Positions 9,799 through 20,884 are shown, numbered from the stretch's first letter. The stretch: DNA of 64,000 nucleotides from Phycisphaerae bacterium (GCA_049977145.1 JBMFGW010000004.1:4791-68790); one strand, 5' to 3'. The notes: generated by a model from the sequence alone, not told the origin. Numbers and translations: made by a program.

Positions 9799-10929
9799 AT
9801 GTCACAGTTCATGGGCAGTTTTGCCGAGGATTCCGATTCTGTTATCCCGTTGGCGTCGGAAGTTGCCGCACCCGCGCCACCGCCGGTTAACGCACCGCCT
9901 CCGCCAACCGTGGCCGCCGGCAATCGTGTGCTGGCCTCCGATGTACAGACGGTGGAACAATTGGCGCAGGCCTATCAGGCCGTTACCGAACAATTAAGCA
10001 AATATATTGTTGGCCAAACGGAAGTCATTGAGCAGGTGCTCACCGCCATGTTCTGTCAGGGGCATGTGTTGCTGGTGGGCGTGCCGGGCTTGGCGAAGAC
10101 TATGCTCATCAAAACGATCAGCGACGTGTTACAACTGGATTTTAAGCGGGTCCAGTTTACACCCGACCTGATGCCTTCGGACATTACCGGAACCGATGTG
10201 CTCGAAGAGGACAAAAGTACGGGCAAGCGGGCTTTTCGCTTTGTGCGCGGGCCAATTTTCGCCAATATCGTGCTGGCGGATGAAATCAATCGCACGCCGC
10301 CGAAAACCCAGGCCGCGCTGCTGGAGGCGATGCAGGAACATCGGGTGACCGCAGGTGAAAACACCTTTGATTTGCCGGTACCATTTTTTGTTCTGGCCAC
10401 GCAAAATCCCATCGAACAGGAAGGTACCTACCCCCTGCCCGAAGCGCAGCTGGATCGTTTCATGTTCATGACCATCGTGAATTACCCCAGGCCCGATGAG
10501 GAAATTCAGATTATGAAACAGGCCACATCGGTATATCGCCCGGCCTTGTCCCGTCTGCTTGATGCCCCGACCATCCTGCACTTGCAGCAGGTGGTTCGGC
10601 GCGTACCGGCCGCAGATCATGTGTACCAATTTGCGCGGGACCTGGTGCGCGCCAGCCGTCCGCGCGAACCGGAAGCACACCCCTGGCTTAATGATCTGGT
10701 GCAATGGGGCGCCGGGCCGCGTGCCAGTATTTATCTGATCATGGCGGGCAAAGCACGGGCCATTTTGCATGGGCGTATGCATGTGAATACGGATGATATT
10801 ATTCATGTGGCGCATCCGGTGCTGCGGCATCGTATTCTTACCACCTTCAGCGCGGAGGCGCAGGGGATGACCAGTGATAAAATTATTGATCGGCTGCTGT
10901 TGGAACTGCCGGGTACGACGTCGGCCTGA
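9799..10929 (+). CDS. MoxR-family AAA+ ATPase
   Basis: Walker A (GVPGLAKT), Walker B (LADEINR) and a sensor region. An Ala/Pro-rich N-terminal extension of about 50 aa precedes the core. Confidence 0.9.
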   Translation: MSQFMGSFAEDSDSVIPLASEVAAPAPPPVNAPPPPTVAAGNRVLASDVQTVEQLAQAYQAVTEQLSKYIVGQTEVIEQVLTAMFCQGHVLLVGVPGLAKTMLIKTISDVLQLDFKRVQFTPDLMPSDITGTDVLEEDKSTGKRAFRFVRGPIFANIVLADEINRTPPKTQAALLEAMQEHRVTAGENTFDLPVPFFVLATQNPIEQEGTYPLPEAQLDRFMFMTIVNYPRPDEEIQIMKQATSVYRPALSRLLDAPTILHLQQVVRRVPAADHVYQFARDLVRASRPREPEAHPWLNDLVQWGAGPRASIYLIMAGKARAILHGRMHVNTDDIIHVAHPVLRHRILTTFSAEAQGMTSDKIIDRLLLELPGTTSA

Positions 10930-11001
10930 ACCCCGCCTTCCGCCGAGCCGCCCGCACCATGACCGTGGAAATACCAAGGGATATGACATGGAACCCAACC
11001 G

Positions 11002-11952
11002 ATGACCACCGCACCCGCCAATCCCCCGGTCGCACCGGCCAACAGCACGCCATGGACACTATTGGATCCGCAGGTGTTATCCAAGCTCAGTCGGCTCGAT
11101 ATGGTGGCACGGCAAGTGATGGACGGGTACGTGCAAGGTCTGCACAAATCCCGGCATATTGACTACGCCATCGACTTTGCCCAACATCGGCCATACACGC
11201 CCGGTGATGACGTCAAACGCATCGATTGGCGGTTGCTGGCGAAATCCGACCGCTATTACATCAAACAGTATGAAGTCACCACCAATATGCGGGTCTTTAT
11301 TGTGATGGATTGCAGCGGCTCCATGGCCTATCAGGGCACTGCAGCGCTGTCCAAATATCGTTATGGCCAGTTCCTGGCCGCCAGCCTCGCTTATTTGACG
11401 CTGCATCAACAGGACGCGGTGGGCCTGATTACCGCAGATCATGCGATAAGAGATTTCATCCCGGCACGCGCGATGCCCTCGCATCTGATTAACATCATCA
11501 GCACGCTGGAAGCCCGGCAGGCGGGCGGCGAATCCAGCCTGGCGGCCCTGCTGCATCAAATGGCCGAGCAGATCACCCATCGCGGGCTGGTTATTATCAT
11601 CAGTGATTTTTTTGAAAATCCGGTGGCGCTCGTTGGCGCGCTGCACCATTTCCGCCACTGTCGGCATGAGGTGCTGATGTTGCACATCATGGCGGACGAT
11701 GAGCTGAATTTTCCATTTCGTAAATGGACTTTGTTTGAGAACATGGAATTGGCGCAGCAGCGCCTGCGGCTGGACCCGGCGCTCATGCGGCGCCAATATC
11801 TGGAAAACGTCCGCGCGCATCTTACCACGCTGCGCCGCACGGCGGCGGAGTTAAATATCAGTTACAGTCTCTTTGCCACTTCCACTCCATTTGATGCGGC
11901 GCTATCCTTGTATCTAGCCAATCGGATGCGGATGCGGGGGCATCGGTCATGA
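11002..11952 (+). CDS. DUF58 domain protein (MoxR partner)
   Basis: DUF58 signature (QHRPYTPGDDVKRIDWR) immediately downstream of MoxR. Confidence 0.85.
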   Translation: MTTAPANPPVAPANSTPWTLLDPQVLSKLSRLDMVARQVMDGYVQGLHKSRHIDYAIDFAQHRPYTPGDDVKRIDWRLLAKSDRYYIKQYEVTTNMRVFIVMDCSGSMAYQGTAALSKYRYGQFLAASLAYLTLHQQDAVGLITADHAIRDFIPARAMPSHLINIISTLEARQAGGESSLAALLHQMAEQITHRGLVIIISDFFENPVALVGALHHFRHCRHEVLMLHIMADDELNFPFRKWTLFENMELAQQRLRLDPALMRRQYLENVRAHLTTLRRTAAELNISYSLFATSTPFDAALSLYLANRMRMRGHRS

Positions 11953-11958
11953 GGAGAT

Positions 11959-14202
11959 TTGCCGACCGTGTTTGAAATCCCTCTATTGCTGACCGGGTTG
12001 GTGGCAGTCGGCATTCCGATAGCCATTCACCTTTTGCATCGGCGGAAAATCACGCCGATGCAATGGGGCGCGATGATGTTTCTTCAGGAAAGTGACGTGC
12101 TGAGGAAGAAACGGCGCCACCTTGATCATTGGCTGCTGCTGCTGTTGCGCATGGCCATGCTGTTGCTGCTGGTGCTGTTGCTGGCCTGGCCGATTTTGCC
12201 CGCCGGTTCGGTAAAACAATGGACCGGCGGCGCCGCGTCGGATGTGGTCATCATACTGGATCATTCCATTTCCACCGGCATAATGGACGGGCGGCGAACA
12301 GTTTTCGCGCATGAAATCGCCGTGGCCAAACGTATTGCCGGAACCTTAAACCCGGCGGATACACTTTCCATCGTCATCGCCGGTCATCGACCGTACAGCC
12401 TGACCACGTTTCCCATTCCCGTTTCCAATACGGCGGCGGTGCGGAGTAAATTGCTCTCCCGGCTCCAGCAGTTGCCTATGGGCATGGCCGGGGCATCCAT
12501 CCCGGCCGCGCTGGCGGAAGCCCGGCGCGTGGCCCGGCGCGGCGCGTTGATAGATAAAATTATTTTTGTACTTTCCGATCAGCGGACGGTTTCCTGGCAA
12601 CCGCGGCGGGCGGCGTTATGGAAAGCCGCGTGTGGGGGCGCTAAGGCCGGGCCTGCTCTGGCCGTCTTTAGTGTGCCCGTCATACCACATGACGCCAAGT
12701 CCGACATCGCCATCGGCCCCTTACATCTGCAACCCGCCTTTCCGGTCGTGGGCCGACGGGTCAAGGTCCTCTTCAATATCAGTAATTCCGGGCCGTTGCC
12801 GGTATCGCACATTCCGATAGACCTGGTTTATGACGGTGCACCAATGGACCACATCGTCATTCCACGTCTGCAAGCTGGACACAGCACGACGGGAATCATG
12901 CACTTGCGGATCCCGGCGGCGGGTTCCCACTGGATTATGGTGCGCACGGGTATTCAGGACGCTTTAGCCGCCGATAATCAATCCACCGCGGTGGTACAGG
13001 CATGGAAATATATACCTGTATTAATTATCGACAGTCAGCTTGGCGCCGTCGGTGATTTGCGCGCCAGCCGCTTTCTTAAAACCGCGTTGCAGCCTTCCAC
13101 TTCTCTGGACCTCGGTTTGGCCAAACCCACGGTCATGAGTGTCAGCGCGGCGCAGACGGCCGATTTGAATAAATATCAGGTGGTGATTGTCAACGATCCG
13201 CCCACCCTGCCGAGCGGATTAATTGCCCGGCTCCATGCGTTCGCCCGGTCCGGTAAAGGCGTCTGGTTCATTTTTGGCCGCAATGCCAATAAGACTTATG
13301 TAAATAACCTGTTGCCCCAGGGCGGATTTGCCATCGGTACGTTAGGCCCGGTGGTATCCGCGGGTAAGCGTCATCCCATCATTGTGCTCCATCATGCTGA
13401 CAGTTCCATGCTGCGGCCCCTGCGGGAATTAAACCGCAATGCCATCGTCGCTGTAACCTTGCTGAAGTGGCATCAATTTACACCCGCCAAGACCCGGGAA
13501 AAAGTGCTGCTGGCCACGGCGACCGGCGCTCCACTAATGTTATCAGAAGCGGTGGGGAATTCCGGTGGTAAGGTGGTGATCTGGACTACCGGCGCCGCCG
13601 GCCATTGGAATGATTGGCCGCTGCAAGCCGGAAGTTTTCTACCGCTGGTCAATCAGACGGTTTATGAATTGGCCGTAGGAGGCCGACGCCTTACCACCCG
13701 CCCCTATTTGAATCCCGATGCGCCAATAGTGTGGACCGGTGCGGACACGCCGGCCATTGCCTCGGCTTCCATTCTTGATCCGCACGGTCTGATCCATTCC
13801 GTAACCCCGCAACTCATTACCGGCGGGCAATACCTGATTACTTGGAATCATACGGGGTTGCCGGGGCTTTATACGTTGTCATTCAGACCCGCGGGCCGCC
13901 GGGCTAAGGTTTATTTCAATGTGAATATTGACAGGACGCAACTAAATCCACGTTTATTATCCGCAGCGGATCTGCAATGGCTGGTTGGCCATCACTACAT
14001 CCGCAAACAAATTAAGGCGGACCAAATTGCCGCAGCTCTGGGTACGGTAAGCAGCACTCTAAGCCTCTGGCCCATACTCGCCATGCTGTTGTTGCTGCTA
14101 TTGGTCCTTGAGACCCTGCAGTGCCGAAACATGGCGAAGCTGGTGCGTGCTGAAGACTTACCGATTACGGAACTTCCACCGCCGCGTCTGTTGGAACATT
14201 AA
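11959..14202 (+). CDS. BatA-like aerotolerance-type membrane protein with VWA domain
   Basis: N-terminal double-TM domain (MPTVFEIPLLLTGLVAVGIPIAIHLLHRR...MFLQ) and a VWA MIDAS motif (ILDHSISTG), ending in a C-terminal TM. Confidence 0.75.
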   Translation: MPTVFEIPLLLTGLVAVGIPIAIHLLHRRKITPMQWGAMMFLQESDVLRKKRRHLDHWLLLLLRMAMLLLLVLLLAWPILPAGSVKQWTGGAASDVVIILDHSISTGIMDGRRTVFAHEIAVAKRIAGTLNPADTLSIVIAGHRPYSLTTFPIPVSNTAAVRSKLLSRLQQLPMGMAGASIPAALAEARRVARRGALIDKIIFVLSDQRTVSWQPRRAALWKAACGGAKAGPALAVFSVPVIPHDAKSDIAIGPLHLQPAFPVVGRRVKVLFNISNSGPLPVSHIPIDLVYDGAPMDHIVIPRLQAGHSTTGIMHLRIPAAGSHWIMVRTGIQDALAADNQSTAVVQAWKYIPVLIIDSQLGAVGDLRASRFLKTALQPSTSLDLGLAKPTVMSVSAAQTADLNKYQVVIVNDPPTLPSGLIARLHAFARSGKGVWFIFGRNANKTYVNNLLPQGGFAIGTLGPVVSAGKRHPIIVLHHADSSMLRPLRELNRNAIVAVTLLKWHQFTPAKTREKVLLATATGAPLMLSEAVGNSGGKVVIWTTGAAGHWNDWPLQAGSFLPLVNQTVYELAVGGRRLTTRPYLNPDAPIVWTGADTPAIASASILDPHGLIHSVTPQLITGGQYLITWNHTGLPGLYTLSFRPAGRRAKVYFNVNIDRTQLNPRLLSAADLQWLVGHHYIRKQIKADQIAAALGTVSSTLSLWPILAMLLLLLLVLETLQCRNMAKLVRAEDLPITELPPPRLLEH

Positions 14203-14217
14203 AGAAGGAAACCGGCA

Positions 14218-17169
14218 TTGGCCCAAACATCCGCACAATTTCATTCCGGACCGTCGCATCTCCTGCTGCATCCGATCATGCCACTGTGGCTGCTGGTAAT
14301 AATCGGTTTGGCCGCGTTGGGGTTGCTGGTGTATCTCTATGCCCAACAGCGCGATCTGGCGCCGCGCCGTACGCTTATCTGGCTGATGGTTCTGAGGGTG
14401 ACGCTGTGGTTGCTGTTGATGGTGGTGTTGGCGGGTCCTGCGGTGCAATGGACGCGAACACACACCGCGCCCGGTCAACTATGGCTGGTGCTGGATCACA
14501 GTAAATCCATGGGTGTACATGATGCGCAAGCCGGACGCCGCTATGCCCTGCGCTGGGCGTGCGCCCTGGGGCTCTTACCCGGCTATCGCGATGTGTTGGA
14601 TCGGGATCTAGCACGGCTGGCAGCGCTGACGCAGCAACTGCGCGGGCTTCATGATCAGGCCAACCAATTTACCGCGGCTTCCACCGTGCAGGCACACAGA
14701 CAATACCGCCAAAGTCTCGCCGCACTACGCGCCTGGCGAAAACGCCTTGCTAAACTCATTGGCCGCCTGCGACAACACACCACGGCCGCGCCGGTTGTAG
14801 ATCAATTGCAGCGCGCCGCACAATTGCTTCGCCATGCCATAAAGCGTGCTGCTACCGGCACGCCCGCGATCGACCCCGCTTCCGCCGCGTATTTAGCTGT
14901 GGATGTACAGCTGCGGGATGCCCTGCGCGCTTTACAGGAAATCGCCCGCACCGCGGATGACGCTTATCTCACCGCGCAGCAATCTGATGTGGCTGTGACT
15001 GCGGCATTAAAGCATGTGGATCAGCAAACCCGTGCGCAATTGGCGGTGGCGATTTTAACACGGCAGGGCCGTACCGGAGAACCATCCTTCCGTCGGCTCA
15101 TGCGGCACGATGATGTCCATATTGTCAGTTTTGCGGGGACGGCCTACACTACCGCGTTTCCGGCCTATACCGATCCCACACCCGTTCTGCAAAGCGCGCT
15201 GAATCCAACCGGTGACAGCACCAATATCAGCCGGGGACTGCTGACGGCGGCCTCACGTATTGAACGTGGACGGCGGGCCGATATTCTGCTGGTGTCGGAC
15301 GGACGGCAAAACGTCGGTTCAAACCCTGCGGAAATCGCCCGCTTGCTGGCGTTGCACCATGTGCGCACCTTCGCGCTGTGCATAGGGTCCGATCAGGCGC
15401 CGCCGGGTGCGTCCATTGATGCTGTCAACGCACCGCAATGGATCTACAAACATCAATATCTCAAGGCGGCCGCCATTATTCATCTGCGATCTCTGGCCAA
15501 CAAGCCCGTGACGGTAGAGCTGTTACGACAGGGCCATGTTGAAGCCCGGCGCGTACTAATGGCGCATCGTGCTGATGCGTATAAATCCGCGCGCTTCAAA
15601 AATCTTCCGCCGGGGCCGGGGGTTTATGCCTACAGCATAAAAATTCTCCCGACCGCCGCCCTGCGGCACGCCGTGCAAAGAACCTTCCGTGTCACGGTGC
15701 GGCGGGATAAACTGCAAGTGTTGTTCATTGACAGCCAACCTGGCTGGAATTACCAGTATCTGGTCAACTATTTTTCGCGCAGCCATCGCGTACATCTGCA
15801 GGCGGTGCTTCTGCATCCGGCGGGCATTGCGGGCATCGCGCCGCCGCCGCCGGTTATCGCTTCTCCAAAAAATCCCGGTTATTTGGCGCAGTTGCTTCCG
15901 AAGAGTCGCAAAGCCTGGGAATCTTTTGATGTTATTATCCTTGGCGACATTCCCGCAAACACGCTCTCACCCACAGCGCAACAGGGCCTCGCTTATGCCA
16001 TACAAACCAAGGGGGCGGCGTTGGTGATCATGGCGGGCAGAGAATTTATGCCTCAAGACTGGGCCACAGCGCCGCTGGGAAGGCTCTTTCCCATCCAATT
16101 TAATTCAGTCTGGCCGCCGGCGTTGCTGCGGCAGCAGAATGACCGCGGTTTTTTGCCGGCCTTGACGGCGCAGGGCGTGCAGTCCGGCCTTTCACAGCTG
16201 GGCGTGGATCAGCGCACCGACAGCCTCATCTGGCGGTCCATGCCGCGTTGGTACTGGCATAGTGCCTATACCCAAGCCAGGGCTGATGCCAGAGTGCTAT
16301 GGGTGATCGCCGGACACACCGCCCGAAACGTCAACACTGCCGGCGCCATCTCGGCTTTTCAAGCCACCCGCGGCCGCGCGCTTTTAACCACCATGTCCCT
16401 GGGTTCGGGGCGGGTGATGTATCTGGCGAGCAACCAACTCTGGCGGTTGCGGTATGTCCATGGCTACAACGTGGAGGATGTATTTCTCGGACAATTATTG
16501 CGTTGGGCGTCGGGATCACAGCTGCCGGCCGGTGGAAGATTTGTCCGCTTTGGCACCAATCATTCCAGTTATGACCAGGGCCGGAGGGTCATGGTGCAGG
16601 CACGTGTTCTTGATGATCGGTTGCTGCCGGAATCCGCCCTGCATTTTCAGGCGCTGGCAATGCCGATCACGGCCACGCCCGGAGCGTCAGGAAAATCATT
16701 ATCCCCGTTACCGGCGGCCTTCACCGCGTCGATGCTACCGCAATCCGGCGTACCGGGATATTACACCGGTTTGCTTACCGGCCTGCCGCCGGGAAGCTAT
16801 CGTGTGACACTCCAAGGATCCGGCGTCCATGCACGCATGCGTAACGACCCGACGGCAACGGTGCGATCTTTAACCATACGCGTTAAATCCGCGGGTGATC
16901 TGGAGATGCTGGACACCACCAGTGATCCCGCGGCCATACAACAGATTGCTGATACCGGCGGCGGTATTGCGCTAAGCGGCCCATTTGCCGGCATTCTTGC
17001 CAGCTATATGCCGCCGGTAAAGCAGATGATCAAAATCCCGGAAAACACCGGTTTTTTCGCACATCCGCATAGTGCCTCGACCTTCTGGCTGCATGTTTTA
17101 TTTATGGTGCTGTTTATCGCCCTGTTGACCGCCGAATGGCTGATCCGTAGAGCCGCGGGCATGGTGTAG
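14218..17169 (+). CDS. BatB-like large membrane protein with VWA-like segments
   Basis: N-terminal TM pair, VWA-like motifs (LVLDHSKSMG and LLVSDGRQN) and a C-terminal TM. It is the last gene of the MoxR operon. Confidence 0.6.
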   Translation: MAQTSAQFHSGPSHLLLHPIMPLWLLVIIGLAALGLLVYLYAQQRDLAPRRTLIWLMVLRVTLWLLLMVVLAGPAVQWTRTHTAPGQLWLVLDHSKSMGVHDAQAGRRYALRWACALGLLPGYRDVLDRDLARLAALTQQLRGLHDQANQFTAASTVQAHRQYRQSLAALRAWRKRLAKLIGRLRQHTTAAPVVDQLQRAAQLLRHAIKRAATGTPAIDPASAAYLAVDVQLRDALRALQEIARTADDAYLTAQQSDVAVTAALKHVDQQTRAQLAVAILTRQGRTGEPSFRRLMRHDDVHIVSFAGTAYTTAFPAYTDPTPVLQSALNPTGDSTNISRGLLTAASRIERGRRADILLVSDGRQNVGSNPAEIARLLALHHVRTFALCIGSDQAPPGASIDAVNAPQWIYKHQYLKAAAIIHLRSLANKPVTVELLRQGHVEARRVLMAHRADAYKSARFKNLPPGPGVYAYSIKILPTAALRHAVQRTFRVTVRRDKLQVLFIDSQPGWNYQYLVNYFSRSHRVHLQAVLLHPAGIAGIAPPPPVIASPKNPGYLAQLLPKSRKAWESFDVIILGDIPANTLSPTAQQGLAYAIQTKGAALVIMAGREFMPQDWATAPLGRLFPIQFNSVWPPALLRQQNDRGFLPALTAQGVQSGLSQLGVDQRTDSLIWRSMPRWYWHSAYTQARADARVLWVIAGHTARNVNTAGAISAFQATRGRALLTTMSLGSGRVMYLASNQLWRLRYVHGYNVEDVFLGQLLRWASGSQLPAGGRFVRFGTNHSSYDQGRRVMVQARVLDDRLLPESALHFQALAMPITATPGASGKSLSPLPAAFTASMLPQSGVPGYYTGLLTGLPPGSYRVTLQGSGVHARMRNDPTATVRSLTIRVKSAGDLEMLDTTSDPAAIQQIADTGGGIALSGPFAGILASYMPPVKQMIKIPENTGFFAHPHSASTFWLHVLFMVLFIALLTAEWLIRRAAGMV

Positions 17170-17304
17170 TCTGGCCGGCACGCGGCGATCCTGTCGCGCA
17201 TTGTTTCGCGCTTGCCTCATGGTTGGAGTTGTGGGAGAATTTATTCTGTAATGGGTCGGAGTTTAGTGTAATGGTGCCCGGGACTCGGCACAGGAGATAG
17301 CCCT

Positions 17305-17661
17305 TTGAATGAATCGCAAACCTCAGCCGCCTTGAATGAACTTCAGAAGACGATGTTGTACGCTCCCGGAGTACGCGTCGAAGTCACGCAGCAGATTGCC
17401 CAGAGATCCCACGTCTATCCAATCAGCATTATCGGCACCGTCCTGCGCCAGGAACGGCAGGAAAGCGGCAGTTGGTTTGCCCGCAACCAGTGCCATCACC
17501 TATGGCTCGATCGCCTGATTATTCAAAAAGATGATGGAGAAAAAGTGGTGCTGAATCTTGATGAATTTTCAGCGATTAAAGTGCTGCAAGGCCCGCCGCC
17601 TGACGTCGGTTCCGCGCCCCTGGTGTTGCCCAATAAAGACCGTAGCAGCTCGCTTACCTGA
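17305..17661 (+). CDS. Hypothetical protein
   Basis: ORF of plausible composition after the MoxR operon. No recognisable domain. Confidence 0.4.
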   Translation: MNESQTSAALNELQKTMLYAPGVRVEVTQQIAQRSHVYPISIIGTVLRQERQESGSWFARNQCHHLWLDRLIIQKDDGEKVVLNLDEFSAIKVLQGPPPDVGSAPLVLPNKDRSSSLT

Positions 17662-17750
17662 ACACGATCGGCAATCCGGCATTTCTGTATTGCTGTGAAA
17701 TAACGCTGTTAGATCAGCGGTTCGACGCGGCGGTTGAACACCAATATAAT

Positions 17751-18317
17751 GTGATCATGGTAGGTTCATCATTGATGGATGATTCAAGCGCGCGCCGTCG
17801 ACGGTTGTTGGGAGCCATGGTCCTGCTGTTGGTGATGGCCATCGGCAGCGCTTATGCGGTTACGCTGATAATCGGAATGAATGGAAATACGCTCTATGGT
17901 AATCACGGGCGATCATTTCATACCGCCTTACGCACCGCCAGGGGATTGCAGTACATCACTACGGGAATTATTGATCTGGAGGGCCATACTCGGCATTATC
18001 AGCAGGTTTATCTGGTTTTAGCCAGGGATAGTAAGGCCCCGGCCAAGATACTGGCGGCGCATGTTTATGGTCACCTGCGGGCGGGAGGATGGCCCCACGA
18101 AATCAATGCCTATGTGCAAAGCACCTGGCGCCATGGCAACATGTATGTTTATAAGGCTATGCACGGCCCAGACGGTAAATTTGTCTGGGTAGCGGCCATG
18201 CGGCATGGTCGGGTGGTAAACCTGATCAGTTATACGGGGCGTCATCTGGACCTGCCGCTGGATGAACATGAATTTGGTACGCTCACGCAGTGGGTTCATC
18301 AGAACCAGGCGCCTTGA
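17751..18317 (+). CDS. Hypothetical signal-anchored protein
   Basis: N-terminal Arg-rich region followed by a TM/signal (LLGAMVLLLVMAIGSAYA). Confidence 0.5.
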   Translation: MIMVGSSLMDDSSARRRRLLGAMVLLLVMAIGSAYAVTLIIGMNGNTLYGNHGRSFHTALRTARGLQYITTGIIDLEGHTRHYQQVYLVLARDSKAPAKILAAHVYGHLRAGGWPHEINAYVQSTWRHGNMYVYKAMHGPDGKFVWVAAMRHGRVVNLISYTGRHLDLPLDEHEFGTLTQWVHQNQAP

Positions 18318-18350
18318 TACAATTTTCTACAGTCGAGCACGGAGTTTACG

Positions 18351-19961
18351 ATGCGCCCCATGGCGATTCAATCAAAACCGCAAGGCCTTGGACCAGGAAA
18401 ATATATTACAGTATTCGGTGTGCTGGTTTTCCTGGGCATGATAGCCATGACGCAATCCGCGCCCAAGGTCCAGGCCCGAATCATTGGTCCTCATCGGCTC
18501 GCACCGTTATGGATTGATGATCTGGATGGCTTCCAAATTCGTCCGCCGCCGAATTGTGAAGTATTGCAGCGTAAGTTTCAACCTCCGCCGCATAGCCCCG
18601 GGGTGTTTCCGGTGCGGCCCGGGGATCTGGTAACTTTTGTCAACAATGTCTTACGCTGGGGAATTATCATCCATCTCAGCGAACTGCAAAAAGATGTGTC
18701 ACTGCAAACACTATTGGATGAAACCGTGTCCGAGGCGCGGCACAATTACCAGAACGTACAGCTTCTGGAACGGCGGATTGTGACCAATTCCGGCCGGCCC
18801 GCGGGCATACTGGTGTTGCATTTTACGACCATTTCCAATCGGAAACCCGTGCCGCTCATGCGGCAACAACTGATCGTTCGTGCGGCTCCTAAACTCTACT
18901 ATCTGCTGACGTTTTTCAGTCCGGGCGATCAGGCCAATGGAGCACGGGAATGTTTTTCCGCCATGATTAAAACCTTTCAGTTATTGAATATCGCAAAAAT
19001 TCAACAACAGCGTGCCGCCGCGATCATCGCGGGGCGGAAGTGGATTAAAAACATCACCGCGGAACGGTTGCTGAAAAAAGACATTCATCCGCAACTGTAT
19101 CAGGTAAAGGTCAATGAGCATGGCCTTGGTTATGTGTTGCTGTCGTGTTATGCCGGTACGCAGGACGGTTACAAGGGCGTGTTCTGCACCACCAACGCCC
19201 GGTCCTTCCTGCCCAACGGCGAGGTGGTTTTTTCCAAGGTTATCTGTTTTCAGGCTTTCGCCCGGCAAGGTACAACCCCGGGACCGGCCACGGACTATAC
19301 CACTTGGGACAAAGCGGTGCAGACGCTGGTACCCATCAATAATCCGCAACTGGTTAAAATGCGGCAGGAACGCATTGTCATTGATCCCAAAACCAACAAA
19401 CCAAAACTCGAACACATTCATATTCCCTATCCCAATATGGAGATTCACTGGGTGCGCGAAACCGGCGATGAACAATCCGCTTATGTTCCAGCACTGGACA
19501 AACATGGTCGCCCCACCGACTTGTTCGTGCGGCATCGCTGGATGACCGTTTACATGCAGCGCCGACTTGTTTTGCCCGGCCAACCCAATAAGCCCACGCA
19601 CTTTAATGTGCCATCCTACATGCCGGCTTATTTACCCCTCACACTCAAGTATTTCTGGCCCCGGTTGGTGAACTTGTCCAAACCCGCGGCTATGGCCTTT
19701 GTAACCTATAACTCCAATACCCGGCGGTTAGGGCTGCGCATCTTGCGGGTGCGGGGACGACACCTCATGGTAGTGGACGGAAAATCCATGGCGGTGTATC
19801 ATCTTACCGCACAACTCAATCCTGGAATTGCCAATCTTTGGGTGGATGCCCATGGAAAACTGGTAAAATATCAAGGGGTGGATGGTGGTGTCTGGACGCC
19901 GACAACGTATGCCGCCATGGATCGCAAATGGAAGGCCCGGCTCGCGGCGCTTAAGCAGTAA
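18351..19961 (+). CDS. Hypothetical secreted protein (536 aa)
   Basis: Signal peptide (ITVFGVLVFLGMIAMTQSAPKVQA) on a long ORF. Antisense ORFs such as 18981-19601 were rejected as shadows. Confidence 0.6.
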   Translation: MRPMAIQSKPQGLGPGKYITVFGVLVFLGMIAMTQSAPKVQARIIGPHRLAPLWIDDLDGFQIRPPPNCEVLQRKFQPPPHSPGVFPVRPGDLVTFVNNVLRWGIIIHLSELQKDVSLQTLLDETVSEARHNYQNVQLLERRIVTNSGRPAGILVLHFTTISNRKPVPLMRQQLIVRAAPKLYYLLTFFSPGDQANGARECFSAMIKTFQLLNIAKIQQQRAAAIIAGRKWIKNITAERLLKKDIHPQLYQVKVNEHGLGYVLLSCYAGTQDGYKGVFCTTNARSFLPNGEVVFSKVICFQAFARQGTTPGPATDYTTWDKAVQTLVPINNPQLVKMRQERIVIDPKTNKPKLEHIHIPYPNMEIHWVRETGDEQSAYVPALDKHGRPTDLFVRHRWMTVYMQRRLVLPGQPNKPTHFNVPSYMPAYLPLTLKYFWPRLVNLSKPAAMAFVTYNSNTRRLGLRILRVRGRHLMVVDGKSMAVYHLTAQLNPGIANLWVDAHGKLVKYQGVDGGVWTPTTYAAMDRKWKARLAALKQ

Positions 19962-20119
19962 ATGCTGCGGTGCGGCGTTATACTATTTTGGGTTGTGGTG
20001 ATACATTGCTGATTGTGTGTGGTGGCGTAAATAGACCATTTTGTTGACAAAAACGTATTATCAATTGTGCCATCAATACCCACGACCAGTATATATCCGG
20101 AAAGGCAGAGGATGAAGCG

Positions 20120-20884
20120 ATGCATAACTTTCTCAAACGTGTGATTATTCTCGTGGTGCTGGTCACCATCATCGCCACCTCTATCAATTTAGCCCGTTAT
20201 TATACGTTGCGCAATGCCCGCGTCCGCCAACTGCAGCGGGAGCGTCAACATCTAATGCGGGTTATCAACCGCCTGACCGGCCGGCGGCGGATGGCCGAGC
20301 TGGTGGTGGACGGCCAGGTCATTAATGGCAAAAAACAGGTACTGCAATCTTCCTTGCTGTGGGAGGAATTCGTCAATGGTCCCGACGGACGGAGCAGGGC
20401 GCTGGCGATCCGGAAAATTGTTATCCCCGGCGACACACCTTATGTGGATGGTTATGTGCTGAAATTCCAGGATAAGTTTGTGGAAGACGGCGATATTCTT
20501 CGCGGAAAGTCGCTGGCGTTTTTTCGCCGTATCTTTTCGCACAGTCAGGCGCCTAACCATGGCACAAGCTTATTGGACCCGCGCGGTGTACCACCATGCC
20601 TGGATGGGAAAAATGGTCGCCCCGACAGCTTTACGCTCCGGCTCTGGCAGCATATTCATCAACTCATGGAACATCCGCAGGCCGCCAAAAAACTGGGGCT
20701 GGATATTGTGCAGGGGCAGGCGGTTTACCGGCCCGTCAAGCCGGGGCGATTGTATGTGATTTATCTGCAAAATGATGGCGGCCTGCAATTTACCCAAAAA
20801 TCCGGGGGATCATCTTTGATTGACCGCATGCTGAAAGAAGCGAATCAAGACCATTCCCGCACCGCCAGTAAGCCTACGCCCTGA
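20120..20884 (+). CDS. Hypothetical membrane-anchored protein
   Basis: N-terminal TM (VIILVVLVTIIATSINL). No identifiable domain. Confidence 0.5.
   Translation: MHNFLKRVIILVVLVTIIATSINLARYYTLRNARVRQLQRERQHLMRVINRLTGRRRMAELVVDGQVINGKKQVLQSSLLWEEFVNGPDGRSRALAIRKIVIPGDTPYVDGYVLKFQDKFVEDGDILRGKSLAFFRRIFSHSQAPNHGTSLLDPRGVPPCLDGKNGRPDSFTLRLWQHIHQLMEHPQAAKKLGLDIVQGQAVYRPVKPGRLYVIYLQNDGGLQFTQKSGGSSLIDRMLKEANQDHSRTASKPTP

Noticed and set aside
10129-11820. Minus-strand ORFs 10129-10998 and 11077-11820 opposite the MoxR and DUF58 genes
   Set aside because: Shadow ORFs. His/Arg/Gln-rich junk translations with no motifs.
20040-20100. Possible promoter TTGACA...TATTAT / TATATA upstream of the 20120-20884 gene
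   Set aside because: The -35/-10 spacing (6 nt or more than 20 nt) does not fit a sigma70 promoter. Not reported as a feature.
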